From Octopus sinensis (Eukaryota), in assembly GCF_006345805.1 (NCBI RefSeq), contig NC_043024.1:19654001-19718000 (forward strand): 64,000 nt of DNA, given 5' to 3'. Within the stretch, counting starts at the first letter, position 1; every line of letters begins with the position of its first letter. Position numbers and translations under genes: made by a program. The notes under the pieces were generated by a model that saw only the letters and a list, made by a program, of their open reading frames with translations, searched no databases and was not told the DNA's origin. Positions 9,901 through 23,178 of the stretch are shown here, piece by piece.

Positions 9901-12900
9901 ATATTTCTACAACATGTACAGGTAACAGTTTCATATCTGTAGAAAAATGGGGATAGGTAAGAAACTTCTTAAATTCTGTTCCTTGACTGAAAGATAATAT
10001 TACCTGACTGTGAAATGTTATCTTATACTCTGACAATATTACAGTTTGGCTTGCAAGATTCATAATGTAACCTGCTGTATTGAAACATATTTTGGTGTAT
10101 CTTGGGAGGATCATTGCACCAATAATAATATATACACACACTGAGTGTATTTCATTTCTTTAATTTTTATTTATCATCTACTTAACCAATTAAATAATCA
10201 TTTGTTTGATTAAATGTTCAAAAATCAATCAGGTTTACCTGTGTCCTCTCAGAATTTGGCCATGTTACCTGACAATCTAAGAAAGTTAACATTACTTTCT
10301 TTAAATGTTACCTGACTATATGAGAATGGTAACTTGCTTATTTGAGAATATAATCTGAGTTTCTGAAAATCATACCAAGCTGAAAATGTTTCTTCAATAC
10401 TCTCTTTTACTCTTTTACTTGTGTCAGTCATTTGACTGTGGCCATGCTGGAGCACCGCCTTTAGTCGAGCAAATCGACCCCCGGACTTATTCTTTGTAAG
10501 CCTAGTACTTATTCTATCGGTCTCTTTTGCTGAACCACTAAGTTACGGGGATATAAACACACCAGCATCGGTTGTCAAACGATATTGGGGGGACAAACAC
10601 AGACACACAAACATGTACATATACACACATCTTTCAGTTTCTGTCTACCAAATCCACTCACAAGGCTTTGGCCAGATCAAGGCTATAGTAGAAGACACTT
10701 GCCCAAGGTGCCATGCAGTGGGACTGAACCCGGAACCATGTGGTTGGTAAACAAGCTATTTACCACACAGCCACTCGTACGCCTACAATATCTAAGAATG
10801 TTAGCTGCCCTTCAGAGCAAAATGTTACCTGAGTATCAAACAATGTTACTCATCTACCTTGGATATTTGTGTGTAAAAGCCAAGATTTTTAGACCATTTT
10901 TTTTTAAAGGTTAAATTTAATGGAATCAATTTTTATATTGATATAACTTCTGGGATGCTGAAGTTCATGCTAGAATCCAAAATTTTATATCAGTAACAAA
11001 AGCACAAATGATGTCTAAATGAATAATAAAAAGAAAAGGTATACTATGGCACCATTAAAGCACACACCTTACTTAGTAACATCCTCCTCCTCCTCCTCAT
11101 CATCATCATCATTGTTTAACGTCCGCTTTCCATGCTAGCATGGGTTGGACGGTTCAACTGGGGTCTGGGAAGCCAGAAGGCTGCACCAGGCTCCAGTCTG
11201 ATCTGGCAGTGTTTCTACAGCTGGATGCCCTTCCTAACACCAACCACTCCGTGAGTGTAGTGAGTGCTTTTTACGTGCCACCCGCACAGGTGCCAGACAA
11301 GGCTGGCAACGGCCACAATCGGATGGTGCTTTTTACGTGCCACCGGCACAGGTGCCAGACGGCACTGGCAACAGCCACGATCGGATGGTGCTTTTTACGT
11401 GCTACCGGCACAGAGGCCAGTCAGGGCAGCGCTGGCTACGGCCACGTTCGGATGGTTCTCTTACGTGCCACCGGCACTGGTAACCCAACTACAACTTCCA
11501 TTGATGTTGATCGATTTCGATTTTTGATAACAATAATCATAAATAAAGTTAAATAACTCTAATAGGTATTTACTCATGCCCTTTTATTTGTATCCACCTC
11601 ACTCAACTGCCTAAGCTTAATGAAATCAATTTACACTTCACAATAAATGAACATTACTACTAATTTACCATAATGATACATATAAGGCTCATACCTATTT
11701 CTTTACTACCCACAAGGGACTAAACACAAAAGGGACAAACAAGGACAGACAAACGGATTAAGTCGATTATATCGACCCCAGTACCTAACTGGTACTTAAT
11801 TTATCAACCCCAAAAGTATGAAAGGCAAAGTCGACCTCGGCGGAATTTGAACTCAGAACGTAACAGCAGACGAAATACCTATTTCTTTACTACCCACCAG
11901 GGGCTAAACACAGAGAGGACAAACAAGGACAGACTAACGGATTAAGTCGATTATATTGACCCCAGTGCGTAACTGGTACCTAATTTATCGACCCTGAAAG
12001 AGTGAAAGGCAAAGTTGACCTCGGCGAAATTTGAACTCACAATGTAGCAGCAGACGAAATACCGCTAAGCATTTCTCAATGTTGAGATGATTTAATTTTA
12101 GAATGGCATTGTAGGATAGGTGTGAGAGACCGGATCTAGCTGGTTTGAACATAAAACAAATAGAACCCAGGCCAACATGGACAACAGATGTTAAATGAAT
12201 GATGATGAGATATTTGGGTCTGATTGGGCTTGATTAATCCTTTAGCATTGTGATTACTCTGTAAAAATATAATGGTTATTTTTTCACACGGGTATGAATT
12301 AATCAAGCATTAACGCATAGCTTCAAGATTTCAATGATGTGATTATTATCCCAATCTCCACTAGTCAGGTGTATGCCCCATGTTAAGAATTACTGGTCAA
12401 CATGTTTGCTGTCCATGGTCAGGAGTTGACCCTCATCCATTTCTTTTGCTTCATGCCATCTCACAAAATATCTATTTCTTTACTACCCACAAGGGACTAA
12501 ACATAGAGGGGTCAAACAAGGACAGACATAGGTATTAAGTCGATTACATCGACCCCAGTGCATAACTGGTACTTATTTAATCGACCCCGAAAGGATGAAA
12601 GGCAAAGTCGCCCTTGGCGGAATTTGAACTCATAATGTAATGGCAGACGAAATACTGCTAAGCATTTCGCCCGGCGTGCTAACATTTCTGCCAGCTCGCC
12701 GCCTTAGCCATCTCACAAAATATCATCATCCAATGCATTCAAAATTCCATGTTTTTTTAACGATTCGACAATAGTATCCACTTAGATTTCTTCCCATGGA
12801 TCAACAATCCATTCACAGATCAGAGGCAGGGATCGAACCCATATACTGCTTAAAAGCTTCATCCTGGGTCATATAGACTCATAGAATCAGTTTCCCAAAT

Positions 12901-13552
12901 TTGCTGACCTTTATACTCTCCATTCCCTTCTGGACGAGACACCAGTCCATCGCAGCATTACTCATTTTTACCGGCTGAGTGGACTGGAGCAACATGAAAT
13001 GAAGTGCTTTGCTCAAGAGCACAATGCATTGCCCCGTCCAGGAATTGAAACCACAAATTTACAATCATAAGTCAAACACACTAACCACAAAGCCACATGC
13101 CTCCACTCACATACTGCTTCCTTCCATGTATGTTTTTGTATCATACAACCAGTGATTCCACATGATACTCCTGTCCTTCAATGGTTTATTGATACATATA
13201 TATATATATATAGAGGCGCAATGGCCCAGTGGTTAGGGCAGCAGACTCGCGGTTGTAGGATCGCGGTTTCAATTCCCAGACCGGGCGTTGTGAGTGTTTA
13301 TTGAGTGAAAACACCTAAAAGCTCCACTAGGCTCCGGCAGGGGGTGGTGATCCCTGCTGTACTCTTTCACCACTCTTTCTCTCACTCTTTCTGCTGTTGG
13401 CCTGCTCGCTTAGCCAGCGGGGTGGCGTCATTCAAAGGCTAAAACAATGCGAACGCATTGTGACCAGCAATGTATAACTACATCTGATGGCCTGGTCGGT
13501 CACGAGATCACGTGATATTATATATATATAATATATATAATATATAATATGT

Positions 13553-13665
13553 ATTTATTATATAGAAGGAGCTTCTACAGGACTAGAACTGTTTCATTCA
13601 AGAGCGAAGATTTCTCTTGAATGAAACAGTTCTAGTCCTGTAGAAGCTCCTTCTATATAATAAAT
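13553..13665. repeat. Perfect 52-bp inverted repeat, 9-nt loop
   Basis: 13553-13604 is the exact reverse complement of 13614-13665. Confidence 0.95.
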
Positions 13666-13730
13666 TAATTTTACTCTGCTATGTATTGAGTACCTTATTT
13701 ACTGTGGTTAACCCCGAATCAACCGGGACC

Positions 13731-13772
<42 letters not shown>

Positions 13773-14159
13773 CGCAGGAGTGGTGCTGTGGGTAAGTAGC
13801 TTGTTTACCAACCACATGGTTCGGGGTACAGTCCCACTGTGTGGCACCTTGGGCAAGTGTCTTCAACCAATGCATTGTGAGTGGATTTGGTAGATGGAAA
13901 CTGAAAGAAGCCTGTCGTATATATGTATATATGTATATATATATGTATGTGTGTTTGTGTGTCTGTGTTTGTTCCCCAAGCATTGCTTGACAACCGATGC
14001 TGGTGTGTTTATGTCCCCATTACTTAGCGGTTTGGCAAAAGAGACCAATAGAATAAGTACTGGGCTTACAAAAGAATAAGTCCCGGGGTCGAGTAGCTCG
14101 ATTAAAGGCGGTGCTCCAGCATGGTCACAAGTAAAATAGTAAAGGAGAGTATATATACT

Positions 14160-14270
14160 GTTGCAAAACATTTCCAAATCTGCCAGGAATTCTATGTCAG
14201 TATTTAGGGAATGGTGATTATCAACAACATTATTCTCTACATGTGCCCTAAACTGGTCCCAGACAAACAA
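14160..14270 (-). pseudogene. Short pogo/Tigger-type DDE transposase fragment
   Basis: FVWDQFRAH...LNTDI resembles the D..RAH block of DDE_1 transposases; very short. Confidence 0.4.
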
Positions 14271-14279
14271 ACACTCGTC

Positions 14280-14700
14280 CTCTCACAATCCATCAAGTCG
14301 TAAATTACAAACCCACTTTTATCCATTTTCTATGCATCCTTCAAAACTTCCATGCTTCCTGAGATTCGCCAACACTACACCTGATTTTCTCCCCTCCATA
14401 CACACGCAAGCATGTATCTGACTCATACACTGTTCACCTCCCAGACATTTGTACATTACTGCATATGCTTTATATGCACTTTTGACAAGTTGTGGTGCAC
14501 CTGAGCACTGTATACAATAATTTCATTATTACTATTATGTTACTCACCAACACTACACCTGATTTTCTCCCCTCCATACACACACAAGCATGTATCTGAC
14601 TCGTACACTGTTCACTTTCCAGACATTTGTACATTACTGCATATGCTTTATATGCACTTTTGACAAGTTGTGGTGCACCTGAGCACTGAATACAATAATT

Positions 14701-14772
<72 letters not shown>

Positions 14773-14775
14773 TAT
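14280..14775 (+). mobile_element. LINE-like (CR1/L2-type) 3' end with a 178-bp tandem duplication and (ATT)n tail
   Basis: Ends SFKTSMLPEIRQHYT*; units start at 14369 and 14547; long (ATT)n tail. Confidence 0.55.
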
Positions 14776-15810
14776 TACATTCCTTCTCATCCATAGTTGT
14801 GTGGATCCATGTGGAAGGTAATTACTTTTGGAAACTTCTCTTGTAGTGAAGTTTTTCTCTTAAAAACAACCACCACTTTTCACTTAGACTGTTACCTATT
14901 TCTTTACTACCCACAAGGGGCTAAACACAGAGCGGACAAACAAGGACAGACATAGGTATTAAGTCGATTACATCGACCCCAGTGCATAACTGGTACTTAA
15001 TTTATCGACCCCGAAAGGATGAAAGGCAAAGTTGACCTCAGCGGAATTTGAACTCACAATGTAACGCAGACGAAATACTGCTAAGCATTTCGCCGGCGTG
15101 CTAACGTTTCTGCCAGCTCCCCGCCTTTAGACTGTTACCTGGCTATTAGAGAATGTTAACAGCAATGGACTAGCATCTTATCCAGTAGGATATTAGTTCT
15201 CATATCAAAAGTGTGGTTTCTCTTGTATCCAGTTAATGTTATAGAATTAGCTCTGAACTTGGTTAAGGCTTAAGAAGCATTTACATTTGTGTTTCGAAGA
15301 ATTTCTTAATTCGCTATGTTGGGTCGGATTAATTTAATCTTTTGTAATCTAAGAACTTCATTTCTGTTTTTAAGTAATTAAGACTTAAGAAGTGATTAAA
15401 CTTTTCAATTATAACGAATTTAAATAATACTTTTGTTTCATTGTGTGAGTGTGTGTGTGTGGGGGTGTTTTTGTGGGGGTGTTTTTGTGTGAGCATTTTA
15501 ACTAGAGAAAAAATGAAGAAATGATCTTAAATTAATTTCCTTATTACAGCTTTATATAGAGAAAATGTCATTTTGAAATTAGCATATATGTGTGTGTGTG
15601 TGTGTGTGTGTATACATACATATTTGTGTATGTCTAGATCGTAACCACTACACACGTTTTTTCTCTCCTTGTTTCTTTGTGTTCTTTTCCGTGGAAGAGC
15701 ATAGGCTTGAAACGTAAAAGACTTTTTCAATTCGTGAGTGTTATACTAATACATCTGTTTGTTTTCTACACCACCATTCTTCGTCTTTTGTTTTTTTGTG
15801 AATTCCTCCC

Positions 15811-15853
<43 letters not shown>

Positions 15854-16305
15854 GTTTATATATATCACGTGATCACATGACTGACCAGACCATCAGATGT
15901 TGCTACACATTGCTGGTAACAACACGTTCGCATTGTTTTAGCCTTTGAATGACGCCACCCCACTGGCTAAGTGAGCAGGCCAATATATATATATGTTTTT
16001 TTCAAAAACATAATAATACATAATAGGCGCAGGAGTGGCTGCATGGTAAGTAGCTTGCTAACCAACCACATGGTTCCGGGTTCAGTCCCACTGCGTGGCA
16101 TCTTGGGCAAGTGTCCTCTACTATAGCCCTGGGCCGACCAATGCCTTGTGAGTGGATTTGGTAGATGGAAACTGAAAGAAGCCTGTCGTATATATGTATA
16201 TATATATATGTATATATATAATAATAAATATTAGGGAATAAATCCAAATTTACAGGGAAAAAATCAGATTTAGGATTAAATCCAATTTTATAGTAAAATT
16301 ATTAT

Positions 16306-16409
16306 AAATATTATTAGAGACAAAACCACTATTTTGCAAAACAATTATGTATTGATTAAGTCTTTCCTTGTTGTTTTGCAAAATAGTGGTTTTGTCTCTA
16401 ATAATATTT
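16306..16409. repeat. Perfect 39-bp inverted repeat, 26-nt loop
   Basis: 16306-16344 is the exact reverse complement of 16371-16409. Confidence 0.93.
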
Positions 16410-16703
16410 TATATATATATATATATAATATATATATATATATGTGTGTGTGTTTGTGGTCGTGTTTGTCCCCTAGCATTGCTTGACACCGAAGCTGGTG
16501 TGTTACGGTCCCCGTCACTTAGCGGTTCGGCAAAAAGAGACGATAGAATAAGTACTGGGCTTACAAAGAATAAGTCCCGGGGTCGATTTTCTCGACTAAA
16601 GGCGGTGCTCCAGCATGGCCGCAGTCAAATGACTGAAACGAGTAGAGAGTAAAGAGAGTATATATACAAAAAATTAATAAATAAGTATACCATTACATCC
16701 TCA

Positions 16704-17780
16704 AAATCAAATCAAATCAAATCAAAATAGATGAACATTAATGGAATTTGTATCTTTGTGGTACCAGTGCCGGTGGCACATAAGAAAACCATCCGAACGT
16801 GGCCGTAGCCACTACCGCATCGACTGGCCTCCGTGCTGTGGGCACGTAACAAACACCATCCATCTGGCACCTGTGTGGCGGAGACACATAAAAACATCAT
16901 CCGAAGACCCGGCAAGACTAGTCAGGCCATAACCCGTGGCCCCTACCTGGGACGTTGTCAGTCACCTGTGCATACCTTCCTTCCTTCTTGTGACACTTGT
17001 GAAGACCTGTTGAGGCAAGGGAAAATCAAATCAATCAAATCAAATAGAATGAACATCAATGGAATTGTATCTTTGTGGTACCAGTGCGGGTGGCACACAG
17101 AAGAAAACCATCCGAACGTGGCCGTAGCCAGTACCGCATCGACTGGCCTCCGTGCTGTGGGCACGTAACAAACACATCCGATCGTGGCCGTTCGCCAGCC
17201 TCGTCTGGCACCTGTGTCGGTGGCGGCACATAAAAAACACCATCTGAGCGTGGCCGTCTGCCAGCCTCGTCTGGCACCTGTGTCGGTGGCGGCACATAAA
17301 AAACACCATCCGAGCGTGGCCGTCTGCCAGCCTCGTCTGGCACCTGTGTCGGTGGCGGCACATAAAAAACACCATCCGAGCGTGGCCGTCTGCCAGCCTC
17401 GTCTGGCACCTGTGTCGGTGGCGGCACATAAAAAACACCATCCGAGCGTGGCCGTCTGCCAGCCTCGTCTGGCACCTGTGTCGGTGGCGGCACATAAAAA
17501 ACACCATCCGAGCATGGCCGTCTGCCAGCCTCGTCTGGCACCTGTGTCGGTGGCAGCACATAAAAAGCACCATCCGACCGTGGCCGTCTGCCAGCCTCGT
17601 CTGGCACCTGTGTCGGTGGCACATAAAATCACCCACTACACTCTCGGAGTGGTTGGCGTTAGGAAGGGCATCCAGCTGTAGAAACACTGCCAGATCTGAT
17701 AGGCCTGGTGCAGCCTTCGGGCTCGCCAGACCCCAGTTGAACCGTCTAACCCATGCTAGCATGGAAAGCAGACGTTAAAC

Positions 17781-17815
<35 letters not shown>
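16704..17815 (+). mobile_element. Retroposon family D with internal 63/66-bp VNTR and (GAT)n tail; longest copy
   Basis: Ends CCCATGCTAGCATGGAAAGCAGACGTTAAAC(GAT)n and contains GGCGTTAGGAAGGGCATCCAGC. Seven VNTR units at 17175-17630. Other copies approx.: 4695-4990-, 11095-11525-, 23640-23790+, 27640-27725+, 29780-29900+, 45075-45420+, 56060-56335+, 63620-64000-. Confidence 0.8.
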
Positions 17816-17816
<1 letters not shown>

Positions 17817-19244
17817 ATATATATATATATAGGCATGGCTGTGTGATAAGACATTTGCTTCTCAACTACATAGTTTTGGGTTCACTCTCATAATGTGACA
17901 CCAAGGGCAAGTGCTTTCCACCAATTAAGGCCTTGTGAGTGGACAGAAGCTGAAAATCCTGATGTATATATACATGTATGTATGTATGTGTGTGTGTGAT
18001 TGTGTGTGTATGTGTGTGTGTGATTGTGTGTGTATGTGTGTGTGTGTTTATTCCCCACCACCACTACTTGACAACTGATATTGAGTTTACATCCCTGTAA
18101 CTTAGTGGTTCAGCAATTGAGACCAATAAAATAAGGAAGAAGAAGAAGAAGAAGAAGAAGAAGAAGAAGAAGAGGAAGTAGAAGAAGAAGAGGAAGTAGA
18201 AGAAAAAGAAGAAGAAGAAGAAGAAAAAGAAGAAGAAGAAGAAGAAGAAGAAGAAGAATCCTAAAAATCTTTTGAAAGAGATGATTTAGCGTTTGACAGA
18301 TTTAACCATAAGGAACGACACTGGAAATATAATGGAATTAAATATTTTGGCAAAGCAGAACCGATTGTTTCAACTTGTTTGGGAATTTAACACGAAACTC
18401 CACCAACGCATCAAATGTTTATCTAGAACTGCCTTTTGTGCTAAAGAAATCGGTTACAATAGCAAATATTTGGAGCACAATTATCAGATTTTTAAGAACA
18501 TTTAAGAATATTTGTTAACGTGGTTTATTCTAAGAACAGTAATCGCATTCATTATTTGGTATTATTGGATTTCTTTCTGTTAATCTTTGCAATAAATTTA
18601 CAAGTTCGCTGAAGGAAAATTCTTTATTTTTTCACTTTTCAATATAAAGAAAGCTTCTCTGTATAGTTTTTATGTCTTGTTTTTCTCACCAAATTCTATA
18701 CATTTTCCACTGGGCTTTTCTACCCAAGTACACTTTATATTCTTGCTAATGAAGCCTACCATAATATACATAGTATTACCAGCTAATATATTAGTCTCAA
18801 TATCAATTCCATTGTTAGTAGTCACAGACAATATATTGGCCCAAAACTAAATTTTCCCGTCTGTGGTTTAAATAAAATTTTGTTATCACGGTTTTTCTCT
18901 ATCGTCATTGTCAGCATCCGCATCATCAGTGTCGGCATCTTCATCGTTGCTGTTGTTTAACATCCGCTTTTTCCATGCTTGCATAGTTTACTCTTTTTAC
19001 TCTTTTACTCTTTTACTTGTTTCAGTCATTTGACTGCGGGCATGCTGGAGCACCGCCTTTAGTCGAGCAACTTGACCCCGGGACTAATTCTTTTGTAAGC
19101 CCAGTACTTATTCTATCGGTCTCTTTTGCCGAACTGCTAAGTGACGGTGACGTAAACACACCAGCATCGGTTGTCAAGTGATGTTGGGGGGACAAACACA
19201 GACATACAAACATACCCACACACACATACATATATATATATATA

Positions 19245-19621
19245 CACTTGCGTCAGAAATTAATTAGCACTTCTCAAATTTCTACATTAAATAGGTTAAA
19301 TAAATTAACCTATGAGCTGTTCAAAACGTCTTACGCGATGAGAAAACTTAGTATGGTGTGATTTCGGTCCTTGCGAGGCACTACCTATATCTATTAAACA
19401 AAGGAAGATTTGTCTGCATCCGCACTCCAATTTGTTGCACTGCTATGTCAACATCATAAGGCTGTAGACTCTCAAACTGCTCTGCAAACAAAGTTACGTC
19501 ATCGTTCTGCGCAACAGTGAACTCGCAACAAAGCAATAGTTCGAGATATGGCCACTAGGTGACAGCACATACCTTGAGTGAAGAGCAAATCAAGGGTGCT
19601 AATTAATTTCTGACGGTAGTG
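19245..19621. mobile_element. Tc1/mariner-type MITE (377 bp)
   Basis: 26-bp TIRs CACT(TG/AC)CGTCAGAAATTAATTAGCAC; TA duplication at 19243-44 and 19622-23; no transposase ORF; sits in the (TA)n linker of a family A SINE. Confidence 0.85.
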
Positions 19622-20198
19622 TACATATACATATATACGACAGGCTTCTTTCAGTTTCCGTCTACCAAATCCACTCACAATGCTTTGATCGGCTTGAAGC
19701 TATAGTAGAAGACACTTGCCCAAAGTGCCATGCAGTGGGTCTGAACCCCGAACCATGTGGTTGGTAAACAAGCTACTTACCACACAGCCACTCCTGCCCC
19801 TGGTTTGGGCAGATTTTCCACAGCAATTTGCCCATTTGTCACCAATCATAACTTGTTTGTAAGAAAGGTAATATTTCCCTGAGACAGAACATGTTTCCAT
19901 GGAAGATTTCAAACAAAGAACATGATTATTCGCATAATGGTAACACACATTCACATCTATTGCCTCATGATTAGGGGACAGAAACAAATACACACACACA
20001 TGTTCATGTATGTATAACTATGGCTTTCGGTAGAAGACACTTGCCTAAGGTGCCACGCAATGGGACTGAACCCAGAACCATGTGGTTGGTAAGCAAGCTA
20101 CTTACCACACAGCCACTCCTACACATAGCTAGTACTTATTTTATCAACCCCAGAAGGATGAAAGGCGAAGCTGACGTTGGTGGAACCTGCTCACCACC

Positions 20199-20232
<34 letters not shown>

Positions 20233-20444
20233 TCTTTTTACTAAAGGCACAAGGCCTGAAATTTTAGGGGAGGAGATAAGTCGATTACATTGACCCCAAT
20301 GTTTCACTGGTACTTAATTTATCAACCCTGAAAGGATGAAAGGCAAAGTCATTCTTGGAGGAATTGAACTCAGAACATAAAGATGGATGAAATAGCTCTA
20401 GGCATTTCACCCAGCATTCTGACGATTCTGCCAGCTCACCACCT

Positions 20445-20645
20445 TAATAAAAACAATAATAATAATAATGATGATGATGATGATGATGATGATAATAATA
20501 ATAAATAACAATAATAATAATAATAATAATGATGACGATGATGATGATGATGAGGATGATGATGATGATGATGATGAGGATGATGATGAGGATGATGATG
20601 AGGATGATGATGAGGATGATGATGATGATGATAATAATAAATAAC

Positions 20646-20678
<33 letters not shown>

Positions 20679-20715
20679 GATGATGATGATGATGATGATG
20701 ATGATAATAAATAAC

Positions 20716-20784
<69 letters not shown>

Positions 20785-20819
20785 AATAATAATAAATAAC
20801 AATGATAATAATAATAATG

Positions 20820-20884
<65 letters not shown>

Positions 20885-20885
20885 C
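20445..20885. repeat. Compound (AAT)n/(GAT)n microsatellite
   Basis: Alternating blocks with a recurring AATAAATAACAAT marker. Confidence 0.95.
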
Positions 20886-21328
20886 TTTTCAACTATAGTT
20901 GGAAGGTTTGAGTTTGGTCTGTGAACAGAACCAGCTGCAGTCGTAGGGGGCAGTGTGAATTGGTCAAGCAATGAAACAGGATGGAGTGGAAGGAAAAAAA
21001 AGTTGAATGAAGAGAGAACAGAGAGAGAGGGGGAGGGAGGGAGTGATGGAGTTGAGATGAAACGAAATAATTAAGAAGGTAAATGGAATACAACAAAACA
21101 AAAAAAAATATACAAAATGAGATCTTGTATTTAGAAGAGATAACATCAGTTTTTATGCCATATACATACATACAGGTGTGTGAGTGAGTGTGTGCGTGTA
21201 TGTATGATATATATATATGTGATGTATGTATATATGCCTATATATATATATGTGTGTGTGTGTGTGTGAGTGAGTGTGTGTGTGTGTATATATATGATAT
21301 ATATATATGTGATGTATGTATATATGCC

Positions 21329-21362
<34 letters not shown>

Positions 21363-21559
21363 AGTGTGTGTGTATATCTGTGTGTGTGTGTATATGTATG
21401 TATGTATATATGCTTATATATATATATTTATATATATGTGTGTGTGTGTGTGTGCATATATATATATATATATTTGCATATGTGTATGTATATGTATGTG
21501 TTTATATACAGGCATGCATATATATGTATATATTTATGTGTATACACACGCAGACACAT

Positions 21560-21592
<33 letters not shown>

Positions 21593-22835
21593 TCCATTTC
21601 ATTCTGCTTCTGTCTTTTGATCTAAGTAGGTTTCCATTTCTGACCACCAACCACGAATATCAGTTTTAATTCTCACCATTCTCTTGTAAATTTTTCAATC
21701 AGTCTCTGCTATATATAAGTTCCTTAAGTGAGAATAACCAAAAAAAAAAAAAAAAATGAAAAAAATAATAAGAAAAGAAAAGAAAAATAACCAAAACCAA
21801 ATCCTATTATTCATAAATTACTTATGAAGACTTTGGCAACATTTTTTCCTGAAGCTGAATCACAGTTTTGTAACTCTGTAACTTGTTCAGATTCTAGAAA
21901 CATCAATATGTCGTGGTGAACCTCATCAACTGAAGACAATATACCAAGACAACTGGATGGAAGCACTCCGTCGGTTATGACGACGAGGGTTCCGGTTGAT
22001 CCGAATCAACGGAACAGCCTGCTCGTGAAATTAACGTGTAAGTGGCTGAACACTCCACAGACACTCTTTACTTGTTTCAGTCATTTGTCGAGCAAATCGA
22101 CCCAGGACTTATTCTTTGTAAGCCCAGTACTTATTCTATCGGTCTCTTTTGCCGAACCGCTAAGTGACGGGGACGTAAACACACCAGCACCAGTTGTCAA
22201 GCAATGCTAGGGGAGACAAACACACTCACACAAACACACACACACATATATATATACATATATATATACAACAGGCTTCTTTCAGTTTCCGTCTACCAAA
22301 TCCACTCACAAGGCATTGGTCGGCCCGGGGCTATAGCAGAAGACACTTGCCCAAGATGCCACGCAGTGGGACTGAACCCGGAACCATGTGGTTAGTTAGC
22401 AAGCTACTTACCACACAGCCACTCTTAACGTAGTTCTCGGGGATATTCAGCGTGACACAGAGAGTGACAAGGCCGGCCCTTTGAAATACAGGTACAACAG
22501 AAACAGGAAGTAAGAGTGAGAGAAAGTTGTGGTGAAAGAGTACAGCAGGGATCACCAACATCCCCTGCTGGAGCCTCGTGGAGCTTTTAGGTGTTTTCGC
22601 TCAATAAACACTCACAATGCCCGGTCTGGGTATCGAAACCGCGATCCTATGACCGCGAGTCCGCTGCCCTAACCACTGGGCCATTGCGCCTCCACACCAA
22701 GACAACTACGTGTGAAGGAAACAGATTTGTGACATTCCTTCCTTCTGAAATTAACAAACAATTATTCAAATGTTAATTATTTAATTCTGTTGTGTCTGAG
22801 GAGAGTCATTTTCTTTTTGTGCCTTATTATTTAAC

Positions 22836-23015
22836 ACAACGTAAAGTGTACTAGCCATCTGAATGTGGCTAGCCACTGGGGGTGGGTGTTACTGAAGCTT
22901 TTAGCCCTAGGAGATCGTCGTCCACAGCTGGCTTTAGACACACTTTCTGTGCCCTTCAGTAACACCCACCCCCAGTGGCTAGCCACATTCAGATGGCTAG
23001 TACACTTTACGTTGT
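22836..23015. repeat. Perfect 62-bp inverted repeat, 56-nt spacer
   Basis: 22836-22897 is the exact reverse complement of 22954-23015. Confidence 0.95.
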
Positions 23016-23178
23016 CGAGCGGTTACTGTTTACATCTCGTTCGGAGATTTATTAATGCTTATTTAACACACTCACCGGTAAAATTTCCACTTTTTTCTTA
23101 GTTTTATTTTCCAAATGTTTTTGTTGCGTCTTGCAACAGTCTTATTTAATGATGTTTTTCTTTATTATTTTCCTTCAG

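Noticed and set aside
15280-15330. Minus-strand GAAAC-ACAAAT-GTA half-hammerhead
   Set aside because: No CUGANGA upstream.
16958-17762. Four overlapping 165-240 aa repeat ORFs (His/Cys/Arg-rich)
   Set aside because: Consequence of a stop-free 66-bp VNTR within a retroposon; no splice or start context.
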